A stretch of 51,836 nucleotides of DNA from Patescibacteria group bacterium (GCA_018608435.1 JABAZV010000007.1:13946-65781); one strand, 5' to 3'; positions 18,946 through 28,979 are shown, counted from the stretch's first letter. A program made the numbers and translations. The notes: generated by a model not told the origin, from the letters alone.

Positions 18946-19542
18946 TTATGCTAAGCCCAGAGCTTTCAACACTTGCTGATGAACACCTTCTATTGTATCC
19001 GTACCGACCAAATCATGCACCGTAGAACCTTCGCGCTCACGATAAAAATCAAGTACAGGCAGAGTGTCTTCTCGATACCAGCGTAAACGTGTTTCGATAG
19101 ATTCTGCTGTATCATCGTCACGCGCACGACCAACCATTCTTTCTCGCACAATCTCTTCTGGTGTATCAAGATTAATAACTTCTACTTCAGGACGCTCAAA
19201 AAAACTCAAAGCATTATCTAGCACTCTTGCTTGATGTGTCGTGCGCGGAAAACCGTCAATTAGCAAATGGCACTTTGGATCAAGCTGATCGATCATTGCC
19301 TGCCCCCACAAAACGTGAGTCAGGAAGTCAGGCTGTAACTCACCAGAGTCTAAGGTTTCGCTTATTTTTCTCTCAGCAAAAGTTTCATGCTTAGATGCTA
19401 GGGCGCGGAAACGACGACCAGTTTGAATATCAACAATCCTGCGAGAAGGATCTTTTTCTGAAATGACCTGATAAAGCTTTTCAATTTGGGTTCCTTTTCC
19501 ACTGCCTTGTGGACCGACAAAGATTACTGTTTTGGGTTGCAT
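18946..19542 (-). CDS. adk: Adenylate kinase (short LID)
   Basis: GPQGSGKGTQ, LIDGFPRT, RARDDD..ETRL; adjacent to map. Confidence 0.9.
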   Translation of the reverse strand: MQPKTVIFVGPQGSGKGTQIEKLYQVISEKDPSRRIVDIQTGRRFRALASKHETFAERKISETLDSGELQPDFLTHVLWGQAMIDQLDPKCHLLIDGFPRTTHQARVLDNALSFFERPEVEVINLDTPEEIVRERMVGRARDDDTAESIETRLRWYREDTLPVLDFYREREGSTVHDLVGTDTIEGVHQQVLKALGLA

Positions 19543-19547
19543 GATTA

Positions 19548-20144
19548 TTATTTACATTTACTAAGCGCTTTTATGACTGTCTTCCTAAGATCAGCGTAAG
19601 CTTCTTCTAGCCCTTCTCTATTGTCGATAATAACGTCGGCAGAAGGCTTAACTTCCTGTTCTATCAAGTAACGTTCGTACCTCTTTTTCAAATCTTCTTC
19701 ACTGATATCTGCTCTAGCAATCGCTCTTGCCTTTAAAACATCCCAGCCACCTGATTCTATATAAGCTATGGTTATGTGTTTACGAGGCAAAAGCTGAAGC
19801 AGGTTTTCAACACCTTGCAGCTCGATCTCAAGCAGAACCAAATTGTTTTCACTAAGATGTGGAATTATTTCACTTTTAAGTGTGCCATACAAATTTCCAG
19901 CAAACTCTGCCCACTCTAGAAAATCACCCTGCGCAATTTTATCCTCAAATTCTGTGCGAGATAAAAAATAATAATCTTTACCCTCAACATCATTCGGACG
20001 CATGGCTCGTGAAGTGCAAGAAACTGACATTTTAATATCGGTATATTCTGCTAGCAAGCGCTTAATTAAAGTCCCTTTCCCGCTGCCTGTCGGTGCCATC
20101 ACCACTAACACATGACCCTTAATATTATTATTGACGGCTTCCAT
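19548..20144 (-). CDS. gmk: Guanylate kinase
   Basis: APTGSGKGT, SVSCTSRAMRP, GKDYYF, FLEWAEFAGNLYGT. Confidence 0.95.
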   Translation of the reverse strand: MEAVNNNIKGHVLVVMAPTGSGKGTLIKRLLAEYTDIKMSVSCTSRAMRPNDVEGKDYYFLSRTEFEDKIAQGDFLEWAEFAGNLYGTLKSEIIPHLSENNLVLLEIELQGVENLLQLLPRKHITIAYIESGGWDVLKARAIARADISEEDLKKRYERYLIEQEVKPSADVIIDNREGLEEAYADLRKTVIKALSKCK

Positions 20145-20223
20145 AATGTAGGGAGAATAGCAGCTTTTTTGCGCAACCGCAACGTGTTATGCTGATAGCA
20201 ATTCATTACACAATCATATAAAT

Positions 20224-20856
20224 ATGCAGCGTAAGCACATTATTACAATTTCCGGGAAGCCGGGTAGCGGCAAGTCTTCTACATCCGATAAAGTGTCGGA
20301 GCTACTCGGATATACTCGTCATTCCTCTGGTGACATGGTACGTAATGCTCTAAAGAAACACAAAATGTCGCTAGCCGAATACAACGACGAGACCAACACC
20401 GAATTTAGCCTTGACGAAGAAGTTGACGAGGCACTACGAGAACTCCGCATCCAAAAAGATGTGGTCGTCGATTCTAGACTAGGGTTTTATTGGCTACCAG
20501 AATCATTTAAAGTATATTTGGACCTCGACTTAGAAATCGCCACCGCCCGAATCTTTAAAGACACTGTCAGCAATCAGATGCGACGAGATGTTGGAACCAG
20601 CTCCTCTTCACTCGCTGGCGTTACTCGCCAAGTGCGCGAACGAATGCTGGCTGAGCAAAATCGTTTTCGCAACCTGTACGGCGTTGACCCTTACAACAAA
20701 AATCACTTTGATTTAGTAATTGACACCTCCAGACAAAATCCTCAATCTGTAGCAATCGCTGTTTTTGACTCCTATCGTAAATGGCTAGACTCTGAAGTCT
20801 GGGAACCAAAACATAACTCTGTGCCTCTGCGTTATTCGTTTAAAAATCAGTACTAA
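20224..20856 (+). CDS. cmk: Cytidylate kinase, archaeal-type (d)CMP kinase family
   Basis: IITISGKPGSGKS, VVDSRLG, RFRNLYGVD, FDLVIDTS. Confidence 0.8.
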   Translation: MQRKHIITISGKPGSGKSSTSDKVSELLGYTRHSSGDMVRNALKKHKMSLAEYNDETNTEFSLDEEVDEALRELRIQKDVVVDSRLGFYWLPESFKVYLDLDLEIATARIFKDTVSNQMRRDVGTSSSSLAGVTRQVRERMLAEQNRFRNLYGVDPYNKNHFDLVIDTSRQNPQSVAIAVFDSYRKWLDSEVWEPKHNSVPLRYSFKNQY

Positions 20857-20875
20857 GTTACCGAAAGATCGGAGT

Positions 20876-20923
20876 GACAATGAAAAAGAATGACGCCTAA
20901 AGGCGTCATTCTTTTTCATTGTC
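20876..20923. terminator. Bidirectional terminator
   Basis: gacaatgaaaaagaatgacgcct-aa-aggcgtcattctttttcattgtc. Confidence 0.85.
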
Positions 20924-20941
20924 CTCTACCTAAACTTCTCT

Positions 20942-22222
20942 CTACTTTTCAGCTGAATCATTCTTATCGCTCGACGCTTCATTTTCTTCTGACACCTCAC
21001 CTTTTTCGTTCATTCTCTGCGGACGTGGACCTTTGGCCACTAAAGCAAACAGCACTAACAAAACCAAAGCGGCTGTTCCCATACCAACCCAAGGAATCCA
21101 AGGATTTGCTTCAGTTAAACGACTTTCTTCCTCGTCACACTCATCACCAATACCATCAAGGTCTACATCAGACTGATTGCGATTGGGATAATTGACACAA
21201 TTATCATCAACATTGAGCACTCCATCATTGTCAAAATCATCACATACATCACCACGGCCATTATTGTTTATATCTGCCTGATCGACGTTTTCCACCCGCA
21301 CGCAGTTATCAAACAAATCTCTAACGCCGTCTCCATCAACGTCAGCTGGTATATAACGGGGATTGTTCACCGCGCTAAGCGGAGTGACTGTTAGAACTTC
21401 TTCATCAGAACGCAAGTTACCAGCCTCTGATGTACTAACTATAACTGGGCGATCTGCGTCAAAATATATTTCATAGGTTTCTTCTGGCTGCGCCAAGAAT
21501 CGTACAAAGTGCTGAGCTGCACTGGGATCAACCTCCTCTCTAAAATCAATCTCTGTAATTCTAAGCGGCTGTGCATAAGTAAATGTAACTTCAAAATAAT
21601 TCGCCGTCACTTCAGGGAAAGTAACTCTTGTGCCGGTCATTTCTTTTTTTGCAACAATAGTTTGCAGACCGCTGCCTTCCAGAAGTTGATTTTTTTTATC
21701 TATGACTCTTCTTGGTGAATATTTGACTTCAACCGTACGCGGCAGTGCTACATACCTGTCTAACTGTAACTGCAATTCACTGGTGACAATAGAGTCACCA
21801 AAAGAAAGCTTAAGCGTCACCTCACCCTTTCCTTCTGTGGGCATAAGAAACTGCGTAGCTGTATCTATCCTGCCGTCTACCAAGTAATGCAAAGAAGGCG
21901 CGCTGGGATCACTTTTAACTGAGACAGCTTTTTTTTCTTGATTAGTTTGATACAGGATAGAGCCAATATTATTGACACTTCCAAGCTCTCGCACCAAGCG
22001 TTGCTCGTACTGAGATTTAGGACCATAGAGCGGTACCGATACTACAGTCGGAACAAGCACGTCAATTGTCTCAATTTTCATTACGTACTCAAAAGTAGTT
22101 ATTTCATCATTTCCATTTACAGCCTGAGTATCAGTTACTGCCTGCGCAACAAACACCTGAGCTACGAACAGAAATAAAACTGTGCAAGCTATTTTATGTG
22201 CCTTAGATAAAATTGTATTCAT
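20942..22222 (-). CDS. Exported, C-terminally anchored protein with thrombospondin type 3 Ca-binding repeats
   Basis: Signal peptide; DVDGDGVRDLFDNC..NVDQAD..GRGDVCD repeats; C-terminal TM helix; start placed at MNTILS. Confidence 0.85.
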   Translation of the reverse strand: MNTILSKAHKIACTVLFLFVAQVFVAQAVTDTQAVNGNDEITTFEYVMKIETIDVLVPTVVSVPLYGPKSQYEQRLVRELGSVNNIGSILYQTNQEKKAVSVKSDPSAPSLHYLVDGRIDTATQFLMPTEGKGEVTLKLSFGDSIVTSELQLQLDRYVALPRTVEVKYSPRRVIDKKNQLLEGSGLQTIVAKKEMTGTRVTFPEVTANYFEVTFTYAQPLRITEIDFREEVDPSAAQHFVRFLAQPEETYEIYFDADRPVIVSTSEAGNLRSDEEVLTVTPLSAVNNPRYIPADVDGDGVRDLFDNCVRVENVDQADINNNGRGDVCDDFDNDGVLNVDDNCVNYPNRNQSDVDLDGIGDECDEEESRLTEANPWIPWVGMGTAALVLLVLFALVAKGPRPQRMNEKGEVSEENEASSDKNDSAEK

Positions 22223-22229
22223 AGTGTGG

Positions 22230-24005
22230 TTAATTAATTTCTGTTTCTTTATGATGTAACTTGCGTACAAAAGCAGTCGATATCAGCATCACTCCAATAA
22301 TTAGGAATGTAACAATTCTTCCTTCCAAGCTCATCTCCCAGACATCAATGAACAACAATCGCAGAACAACCAGACCGATCATAACTGAACCAGAAAGGCG
22401 AGCTCCTTTGCTAGCGCGAGCAGTACCAATAACGAATAATGAAATACCAACAATTGTATAGATAATCAAAGAAATAGTCGTGGCAACATCATATGCCAAA
22501 AGAGCATGCGTCACTAGCCATACCAGTGATACTGAAAAGAAACTTCCTACCATCAAAGCTACTTTATCTATCACTGAAGACAGACCATTCTTTTCAGAAC
22601 GCTCTCGCATGCTCCATAAATAGGCAAAACCAAATAAAGTAACAATCGCTACAATTACAACGACAAAATCATTGTGCCAAATTCCATCTCTCCAACTTCG
22701 TGAATCCAAGCTTCCAACTGAGAGCAGAGCTGGGACAGCAAACAACAAACCAATGTATGACAATGAGCGAGAAGAAACACCCAATTTGCCAGCAGCCACA
22801 AGCACCGCTGCAATTTCAAACCAATACGCTAGCGTGAGCGTTGGACCACTCAATTCAGCAGCCGTTGCAACACCAACCAGCGCCACACTAGTAGCACCGT
22901 AAATGTAAAATGCGATACGATTGGCGGTGTAGATGTAAACCACGTAAGCACCAAAAGCAAAGATGATTGCCCACGCTGAATATATCAAACTGCGCCACTC
23001 TTCCGACACTCCAGCTTCAACCCAGACAAACAGAAATACTGCAATTCCAATAGCAATCGCCGCATGCACTGGCATATGATGCTCCCCTTGTCCGTGGCGG
23101 CGCAGTAAACTCACCATATTGGCGCCGAAGTATAGCGCAATGAAAATAAATGAGAACATTAGCACTGCCTGCGTATCAGCAGATGATGACGTAAGCATAA
23201 AGAAAAGAGAATAGGTAAATGTTATTAGCAGCGAAGCTAATATTAACTTAGTCCAACCTGTCTGCCACACAACCCAAAGTGTTCCAGCCGCCACTAAAAG
23301 TAAGTACAAGAAAAGCCCAACCGTATCTGGCGCAGGCGAGTTAGTGAAGAGAGGAGCGATGCTACCAAGAAACAAACCAGCTCCAGCCAGATTTTTACTA
23401 TTGTAACGAACCGCCACAAAAGATACAAAAACAACCGTCATGAACATCATGATCAACGCTGACAACGGAGTGAACAGATAATATATCTCACGCGCAGCAA
23501 AAGTAGTCAGCAAAATAATAGTTGAACCGAGCACGGTAAATATTCCTCCTTGGTGCTTGTGGGTACCAATCCGCCAAATACCAAGCACCATGACAGCAGC
23601 ACCAGCGAGCAAGCCGATAGTAATTTGTCCGAGTGGACCAATCCATTCATTTATCACTGCGTAACTAGCGAGCCAGCCGAACGCAAGCAAGAGCAAGAAA
23701 GCTCCCAGCTTCATTAAGAAATCTTCTTTTAGCCAATCAAAGAAACGCTCTGCTGCAGATGGTTCTGTGGCAACTGCAAATGTACTAGCTGTTTTTATAA
23801 AAGGATTAGGTGGTGGAACAGGATTCGTCGTAGACAGAGGCACTGCCTGAGACAGATCATAAACTTCAGAACCAACCTGCCCTTCATTAGATTGACTCGG
23901 CTGATAATTTGAAGTGAGCGAGTTGATGCGCTCTTCTAACTTGGTAATTCTTTGCCCCAAATAAAAGAAGCCTATGATTGCAAAAATTGTAAATAAGAAA
24001 TACAT
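22230..24005 (-). CDS. DUF2339 family polytopic membrane protein
   Basis: MKLGAFLLLLAFGWL..WIGPLGQITIG, LLFIDVW..GRIVTF; many TM helices; ATG 24005 preferred over GTG 24023. Confidence 0.85.
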   Translation of the reverse strand: MYFLFTIFAIIGFFYLGQRITKLEERINSLTSNYQPSQSNEGQVGSEVYDLSQAVPLSTTNPVPPPNPFIKTASTFAVATEPSAAERFFDWLKEDFLMKLGAFLLLLAFGWLASYAVINEWIGPLGQITIGLLAGAAVMVLGIWRIGTHKHQGGIFTVLGSTIILLTTFAAREIYYLFTPLSALIMMFMTVVFVSFVAVRYNSKNLAGAGLFLGSIAPLFTNSPAPDTVGLFLYLLLVAAGTLWVVWQTGWTKLILASLLITFTYSLFFMLTSSSADTQAVLMFSFIFIALYFGANMVSLLRRHGQGEHHMPVHAAIAIGIAVFLFVWVEAGVSEEWRSLIYSAWAIIFAFGAYVVYIYTANRIAFYIYGATSVALVGVATAAELSGPTLTLAYWFEIAAVLVAAGKLGVSSRSLSYIGLLFAVPALLSVGSLDSRSWRDGIWHNDFVVVIVAIVTLFGFAYLWSMRERSEKNGLSSVIDKVALMVGSFFSVSLVWLVTHALLAYDVATTISLIIYTIVGISLFVIGTARASKGARLSGSVMIGLVVLRLLFIDVWEMSLEGRIVTFLIIGVMLISTAFVRKLHHKETEIN

Positions 24006-24099
24006 ATAAAATAATTTTAGCACGCAGGAAGGAAAAGAAATTCACTAAACACATGAGAATAAAATTTTATATAAGTTGCGCTCAAAACGCTAATCAAAC

Positions 24100-24132
24100 A
24101 AAATCACTTGCCGCAAGGCAAGTGATTTTTTT
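24100..24132 (-). terminator. secY terminator
   Basis: aaaatcacttgcc-gcaa-ggcaagtgatttt. Confidence 0.85.
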
Positions 24133-24159
24133 GGTTTGATTGAGTGAAATTAACTTGTG

Positions 24160-25440
24160 TTAGTACTCTCTCATCGAGACCTGAGCATCAAGTCGACGGA
24201 TAAGGTCAAGCACTACATTAACCACAATCAAGACAGCCGTACCACCAATAGCAAGAGCAGCTATACCAGTGATTATTTGCATCCCTACCGGCAACACAGC
24301 TATAACTCCTAGGAACAAAGCTCCAACAAGAGTAAGTCTAGTTACCAAGTTTCCAAGGTATTCCGCTGTGTGAGCACCTGGACGAATACCAGGAATGAAT
24401 CCTCCACTGCGTTGCAAGTTCTTTGAAACTGCATCAGGATCAAACGTAACAGCTGTGTAAAAGTAAGTGAAAAGAAACACTAGCAAGAAATACACACCAC
24501 CGTACGCCCATTGATTAGCAAGGAAAGCAGTCACCTGTTCGCTTGCTTGCGGCACCCAAGGCAAGTCAAATGCCGAAAGAATGTTTAGTACCATTTGCGG
24601 GAAAAGCAAGATAGAGAGAGCGAAAATAATCGGAATCACTCCAGCCTGGTTAAGACGCATCGGCAAATAAGATTGGCTGGAGCCGTAAGTAGAGCCAGCT
24701 CGACTTTGCTTTGCGTAAGTAATTGGCACCGGTCGTTCTGCCTCAGTCATTACTACCACGGCGTAGATAATACCGATTGCAGCAACCGTAACGCCCAGAT
24801 ACAAAGGCAGCTGAGAGAGGTCTGAGAAGTCATATGAGAACAACAGTTGATTCAGCGTCGCAGGCAAAGTAGCTACAATACCAGCAAAGATTATGATGGA
24901 AACACCGTTTCCAATACCATATTCCGTCACCAGCTCACCGATCCAGATAAGAAGAATGGAGCCAGCTACAATCAACACGACATTTACCGCGAACTCAAAG
25001 GTAGAAAGACCGACAATAACTCCTTGGCTTTTGAGCAAAGTAAGGAAACCAAAACCTTGCAAAATTGCGAGCGGAAGCGTAAGCATGCGGCTGTACTGCG
25101 TAAATTTAGCTCGCCCCGCCTCACCCTCTTCGGTGTAAAGGCTTTTGACCTTGGGCGACATAACCGTCATAAGCTGCATGATGATAGACGCAGTAATAAA
25201 TGGACCAACACCCAACATAACAATTGAGAGATTAGCCAATCCACCACCTGAGAATATATTCAGCAATCCTAAGAACTGATTATCTGCGAAAAATTGATCA
25301 AGCACATTTACATCTACTCCCGGAATTGGAATCGCTGCCAAAGCACGGAAGATGATCAACGCACCAAGTACAAACAATACTCGATTGCGAATAGTTGGAT
25401 CTGTAAAGATTACTTTTAGTTTTTGAAGGAAAGTTTGCAT
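24160..25440 (-). CDS. secY: Preprotein translocase SecY
   Basis: LGVGPFITASIIMQL, GIGNGVS, AGVIPIIFA, FIPGIRPG. Confidence 0.99.
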   Translation of the reverse strand: MQTFLQKLKVIFTDPTIRNRVLFVLGALIIFRALAAIPIPGVDVNVLDQFFADNQFLGLLNIFSGGGLANLSIVMLGVGPFITASIIMQLMTVMSPKVKSLYTEEGEAGRAKFTQYSRMLTLPLAILQGFGFLTLLKSQGVIVGLSTFEFAVNVVLIVAGSILLIWIGELVTEYGIGNGVSIIIFAGIVATLPATLNQLLFSYDFSDLSQLPLYLGVTVAAIGIIYAVVVMTEAERPVPITYAKQSRAGSTYGSSQSYLPMRLNQAGVIPIIFALSILLFPQMVLNILSAFDLPWVPQASEQVTAFLANQWAYGGVYFLLVFLFTYFYTAVTFDPDAVSKNLQRSGGFIPGIRPGAHTAEYLGNLVTRLTLVGALFLGVIAVLPVGMQIITGIAALAIGGTAVLIVVNVVLDLIRRLDAQVSMREY

Positions 25441-25675
25441 AAGTCCTATAATATCGTTTATTTGAGAAACTGTCTAAACTTCGTAGCAATAACAATTCAT
25501 AAAAGTCACTTGAACTTAGTGAAAAAGTAAAAACTTTATAACTGAATATCTTTTGCCTCCTAAGACATATTCATACATATGACTTGGACACAAAATGCTT
25601 CAGTTCAAATATTTTTATTTTGCTAAGCTTGTTACTTACGACACTGCGCAAAACAAAGCAGACAGAATCTACAAT

Positions 25676-26146
25676 TTAACGTTTTGTTTTAAGCTCATTG
25701 CTAACGCTTCCACCAGCTGCTTCGATCTTTTCTTGGGCTGACTTTGAAACTTCACACTTTTCTATTGTGAGTTTTTTAGTCAACTCTCCGTTACCGAGAA
25801 TTTTTACCGCCGGCGCGCGCTTTGCGCGTGTCGCCAAAACACCAGCCCCAACGAGAGACTTTGGTGAAACAACTGCTCCAGCTTCAAAGGCTGCTTCTAG
25901 CGCTGCAACATTAACAACCACAGGACGAATCCGTTCTGAGTTAACTGTCTTAGCTCGGTTAACACCATGACCACGAAGCTTTGGTATCTTCTTGATGATG
26001 TCGCGCATTTCTGGACGAGTACTGTTACCAGCTCGTGCCTTTTGCCCTTTATGTCCTTTGCCTGAAGTTTTACCTCGCTTCCCGCCTCGACCAATCCGCT
26101 TAGCGCTTTTGCGCGGTGTAGTTGGTTTTAATTCATGAAGTTGCAT
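25676..26146 (-). CDS. rplO: 50S ribosomal protein L15
   Basis: RIGRGG..GKTSGKGHKGQKAR, VKILGNG. Confidence 0.97.
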   Translation of the reverse strand: MQLHELKPTTPRKSAKRIGRGGKRGKTSGKGHKGQKARAGNSTRPEMRDIIKKIPKLRGHGVNRAKTVNSERIRPVVVNVAALEAAFEAGAVVSPKSLVGAGVLATRAKRAPAVKILGNGELTKKLTIEKCEVSKSAQEKIEAAGGSVSNELKTKR

Positions 26147-26149
26147 AGG

Positions 26150-26797
26150 CTATTTAACATTAAGTTGCTTAAGCGCTTCGACAGCGGCGCGAGCATTATT
26201 AAGCTTGTTCTTTGATCGAGAAAAGATTTTTGCAGTAACGTCTTTCACTCCAGCAATCTCGAGCACTGTTCGTACTGATGAACCAGCCACTAGTCCACGA
26301 CCAGGTGCAGGCATAATCATTACTTCACTTGAAGCATACTTAACGTGTACGTCGTGTGGAATACGAGCGTCTTTGTCCATCAGCACGGTAATCATATGCT
26401 TCTTAGCGTCACGGATAGCTTTTTCGATGGCAAGCTGAGTGTCTCCGGCTTTACCGACTCCAACTCCAACCTTTCCTTTTTTGTCTCCAATAACCATAGA
26501 AACAGAGAATGAGAAACGGCGACCACCAGCCATCACACGCGTAACGCGGCGAATACTAACAATCTTTTGATCAAACTCTGGACGAGGTCGTTCTTGACGA
26601 CCGCCACGACGGGTACGACGACGATCATTGGTGCCACCTGCGCGACGTGGACGACGCGCATCACGAGCCGGTCGTCTTGTGCCAGCGGGTGCATCGGTAG
26701 CTGCGCCGGCTGCTGCCGGTGCAACTGCTGCTGCTTCTTTGTTTGCAGCGTCTGACTTTACGTCAGTTGTAGCTTCCTGCTGTTTTTCTTCTGACAT
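26150..26797 (-). CDS. rpsE: 30S ribosomal protein S5 (long N-terminal extension)
   Basis: RRVTRVMAGGRRFSFS, PAPGRGLVAG. Confidence 0.98.
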   Translation of the reverse strand: MSEEKQQEATTDVKSDAANKEAAAVAPAAAGAATDAPAGTRRPARDARRPRRAGGTNDRRRTRRGGRQERPRPEFDQKIVSIRRVTRVMAGGRRFSFSVSMVIGDKKGKVGVGVGKAGDTQLAIEKAIRDAKKHMITVLMDKDARIPHDVHVKYASSEVMIMPAPGRGLVAGSSVRTVLEIAGVKDVTAKIFSRSKNKLNNARAAVEALKQLNVK

Positions 26798-26846
26798 TAT
26801 AAAATGTTTAGTTTAGTAAAATTTTGTTTACTTCTTTCGCTCTCGC

Positions 26847-27197
26847 TTAGAACTTCAGTCCTCCTTCTCGTGCTCCATCAGCCAAAGCAGCCACTACTCC
26901 CATGTAACGGAAACCGCCGCGGTCAAAAACAACTTCAGTTATTTTCAGATCAGCTGCTTTTTTAGCAATCGCTGTTCCAACTACTTTAGCCGATTCTAAA
27001 CGAACACCTTTTTCTTTACGAGAATCTGAAGCAGCAATTGTCTTACCGGCTTCATCATCTATCAGCTGAGCATACACAGATTGGTTACTCTTGAAGACAG
27101 CCAATCGTGGTCGCGTTGCTGTTCCTGACACTTTGTGTCGCAAGCGGTTATGTCGCTTAGAGCGAGCAGCCGTCTTGGATTGTGATTTGTTTGTCAT
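26847..27197 (-). CDS. rplR: 50S ribosomal protein L18
   Basis: [28 protein letters not shown]. Confidence 0.98.
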   Translation of the reverse strand: MTNKSQSKTAARSKRHNRLRHKVSGTATRPRLAVFKSNQSVYAQLIDDEAGKTIAASDSRKEKGVRLESAKVVGTAIAKKAADLKITEVVFDRGGFRYMGVVAALADGAREGGLKF

Positions 27198-27368
27198 GTT
27201 TATGTGATTACAAATCTAAAGTTATATACCATCATTTTATTCTGACATCTAAAGTTAAAAATTGCTTTAGATGTGCGGCGCATGAGGCAAAATTTGTGAG
27301 GTGTACTGTTTTGTACATTGAACAAATTTTTCCGAAATGCAACAAAGCAGATAAAATAATTTTTAACT

Positions 27369-27899
27369 TTAGACGGCTTTCTTACCTTGCTTACGAATAA
27401 TATGTTCCCCTTGATACCGAATACCCTTACCTTTATATGGCTCTGGCTTCTTAACCTTGCGCACGTTGGCTGCAAATTGCCCCAGCGCGTCTTTGTCATA
27501 ACCAGAAAGAGTAATAACGTTTTTCTGTACATCAGCAGAAATTCCTTCTGGAATCTCCAAGTTAACAGGGTGAGAAAATCCTACGTTTAGTACGATTTCA
27601 TTTCCCTTTACTTCAGCTCTATACCCCACTCCTTCAATCTCAAGCAAACGAGTAAAGCCTTCTGTTACTCCCGTAATCATATTACGTAAATGAGCAGCAT
27701 AAGTTCCCCACATTGCTGGTGCATTTGAAGTTTTGTTTGGTACAAGAGTAACAGCATCACTTTCAATCGTGAAAGAAACATCGTCTTTTACTTCTCGTGA
27801 AAGAGTCGCTTTGGGACCTTTCACCGTCAGCACGCCGTCCACCAATGTCACATCGACACCGCTTGGAATGACTACTGGTTGTTTTCCTAATCGACTCAT
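27369..27899 (-). CDS. rplF: 50S ribosomal protein L6
   Basis: MSRLGKQPV, GVGYRA, PEPYKGKGIRY. Confidence 0.98.
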   Translation of the reverse strand: MSRLGKQPVVIPSGVDVTLVDGVLTVKGPKATLSREVKDDVSFTIESDAVTLVPNKTSNAPAMWGTYAAHLRNMITGVTEGFTRLLEIEGVGYRAEVKGNEIVLNVGFSHPVNLEIPEGISADVQKNVITLSGYDKDALGQFAANVRKVKKPEPYKGKGIRYQGEHIIRKQGKKAV

Positions 27900-27900
27900 A

Positions 27901-28296
27901 TTACCAAATGATGAAAAGTTGCTCACCTCCTACATTCTTCTCCTTAGCTTCCTCACCTGTGAGAATGCCTGCTGGAGTAGATAGGATCATGTGCCCCTTT
28001 CCAAACTTAACCGGATGAATATCCGCCACTCCCGAATAAAGACGTCGACCTGGTTTTGAAACACGCTTTACACCAATGATTCGGTGCTTGCCTTGTTCAT
28101 AACTTAGTGTCACTTCGAGAGTTTTTTCTTGTACTGCTTTTCCTTTTGTTACTGCTGATTCAACATAACCAGCCTCAACCAACTTGCTTATAACTGAATG
28201 ACGGAGTTTTGAATACGGTACAGAAACCGTTTCTTTTCCAACCATACCAGCGTTTTTAAGACGAATTATGAGATCGCCAATAGTGTCGCCTACCAT
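27901..28296 (-). CDS. rpsH: 30S ribosomal protein S8
   Basis: [34 protein letters not shown]. Confidence 0.97.
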   Translation of the reverse strand: MVGDTIGDLIIRLKNAGMVGKETVSVPYSKLRHSVISKLVEAGYVESAVTKGKAVQEKTLEVTLSYEQGKHRIIGVKRVSKPGRRLYSGVADIHPVKFGKGHMILSTPAGILTGEEAKEKNVGGEQLFIIW

Positions 28297-28475
28297 GATG
28301 ATTTTCTTATGCCTGGTATTTGTCCTTCGTGTGCGAGTTCGCGGAAGCAAATTCGACACATGTCGAAGTCACGCATGTAACCGTGTGGACGTCCACACAG
28401 TGTGCAGCGTCGCACGACCCTTGATTTGAACTTCGGCGGTCGCTGCGCCTTTATGATCATTGCTTTTCTTGCCAT
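28290..28475 (-). CDS. rpsN: 30S ribosomal protein S14 (Zn-binding type); possible UUG start at 28520
   Basis: [31 protein letters not shown]. Confidence 0.97.
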   Translation of the reverse strand: MARKAMIIKAQRPPKFKSRVVRRCTLCGRPHGYMRDFDMCRICFRELAHEGQIPGIRKSSW

Positions 28476-28850
28476 AAATGAAGAAATGAGCGTAGCGATT
28501 ATTCTGAATTTACGTCTCAATTTCAGGCTTTCGGCACAAATATATATCAGTTTTTATAGTCGAGTAAATCTCTTCCTAAAAACCAAGCAACCTGCCTGAA
28601 ATTGCTAGACGCCGTACACAGCATGTACCGCTACAACTTTATGATTATTTTTTTGGAGCCGTCTCACCAAGATATCGGTGACTGCACTCCCTGATAATTC
28701 TGGCTTGTGTTCGTCAGTTTAAAGTAAATAAACTGGCAATTTTGGGCACGAACTGTATTACAATTAGCAATCTGCTCGCACCTCACTCGCCTTCAACGAT
28801 TGGCTCGCTTATGAACAAAATACGTTCAAAAACAAAGCCGCTCGCTTCGC
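28476..28850 (-). promoter_or_regulatory. Structured 5' leader (about 375 nt) of the rpsN-secY unit, with motif shared with the rpsS leader
   Basis: Several hairpins; stem GCGUCU(AG)CAAUUUCAGGC/GCCUGAAAUUGAGACGU at 28505-28612; promoter TTGCTA-16-TATGGT at 28883-28856. Confidence 0.75.
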
Positions 28851-28979
28851 CAGCAACCATACCAGAACCAGCTAAAATAGCAACTAAATAATACGAAATG
28901 TACAAACATTAATTGTTTACATGCTTCAGAGCGAGAAATGACAGAATTTATACTGGTTCGCAATTTTGCGAGTGAGGCT

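Noticed and set aside
26147-26149. Missing rpmD (L30) between rpsE and rplO
   Set aside because: Real absence but an established CPR trait; used only as a taxonomic clue
27200-27532. 110-aa minus-strand ORF spanning the rplF-rplR gap
   Set aside because: Overlaps rplF out of frame; the gap is better explained by RNA structure
28476-28850. Long leaders as group I/II introns, T-boxes or known riboswitches
   Set aside because: Flanking genes are intact and I saw no intron core, T-box or aptamer consensus; an Rfam scan is still needed
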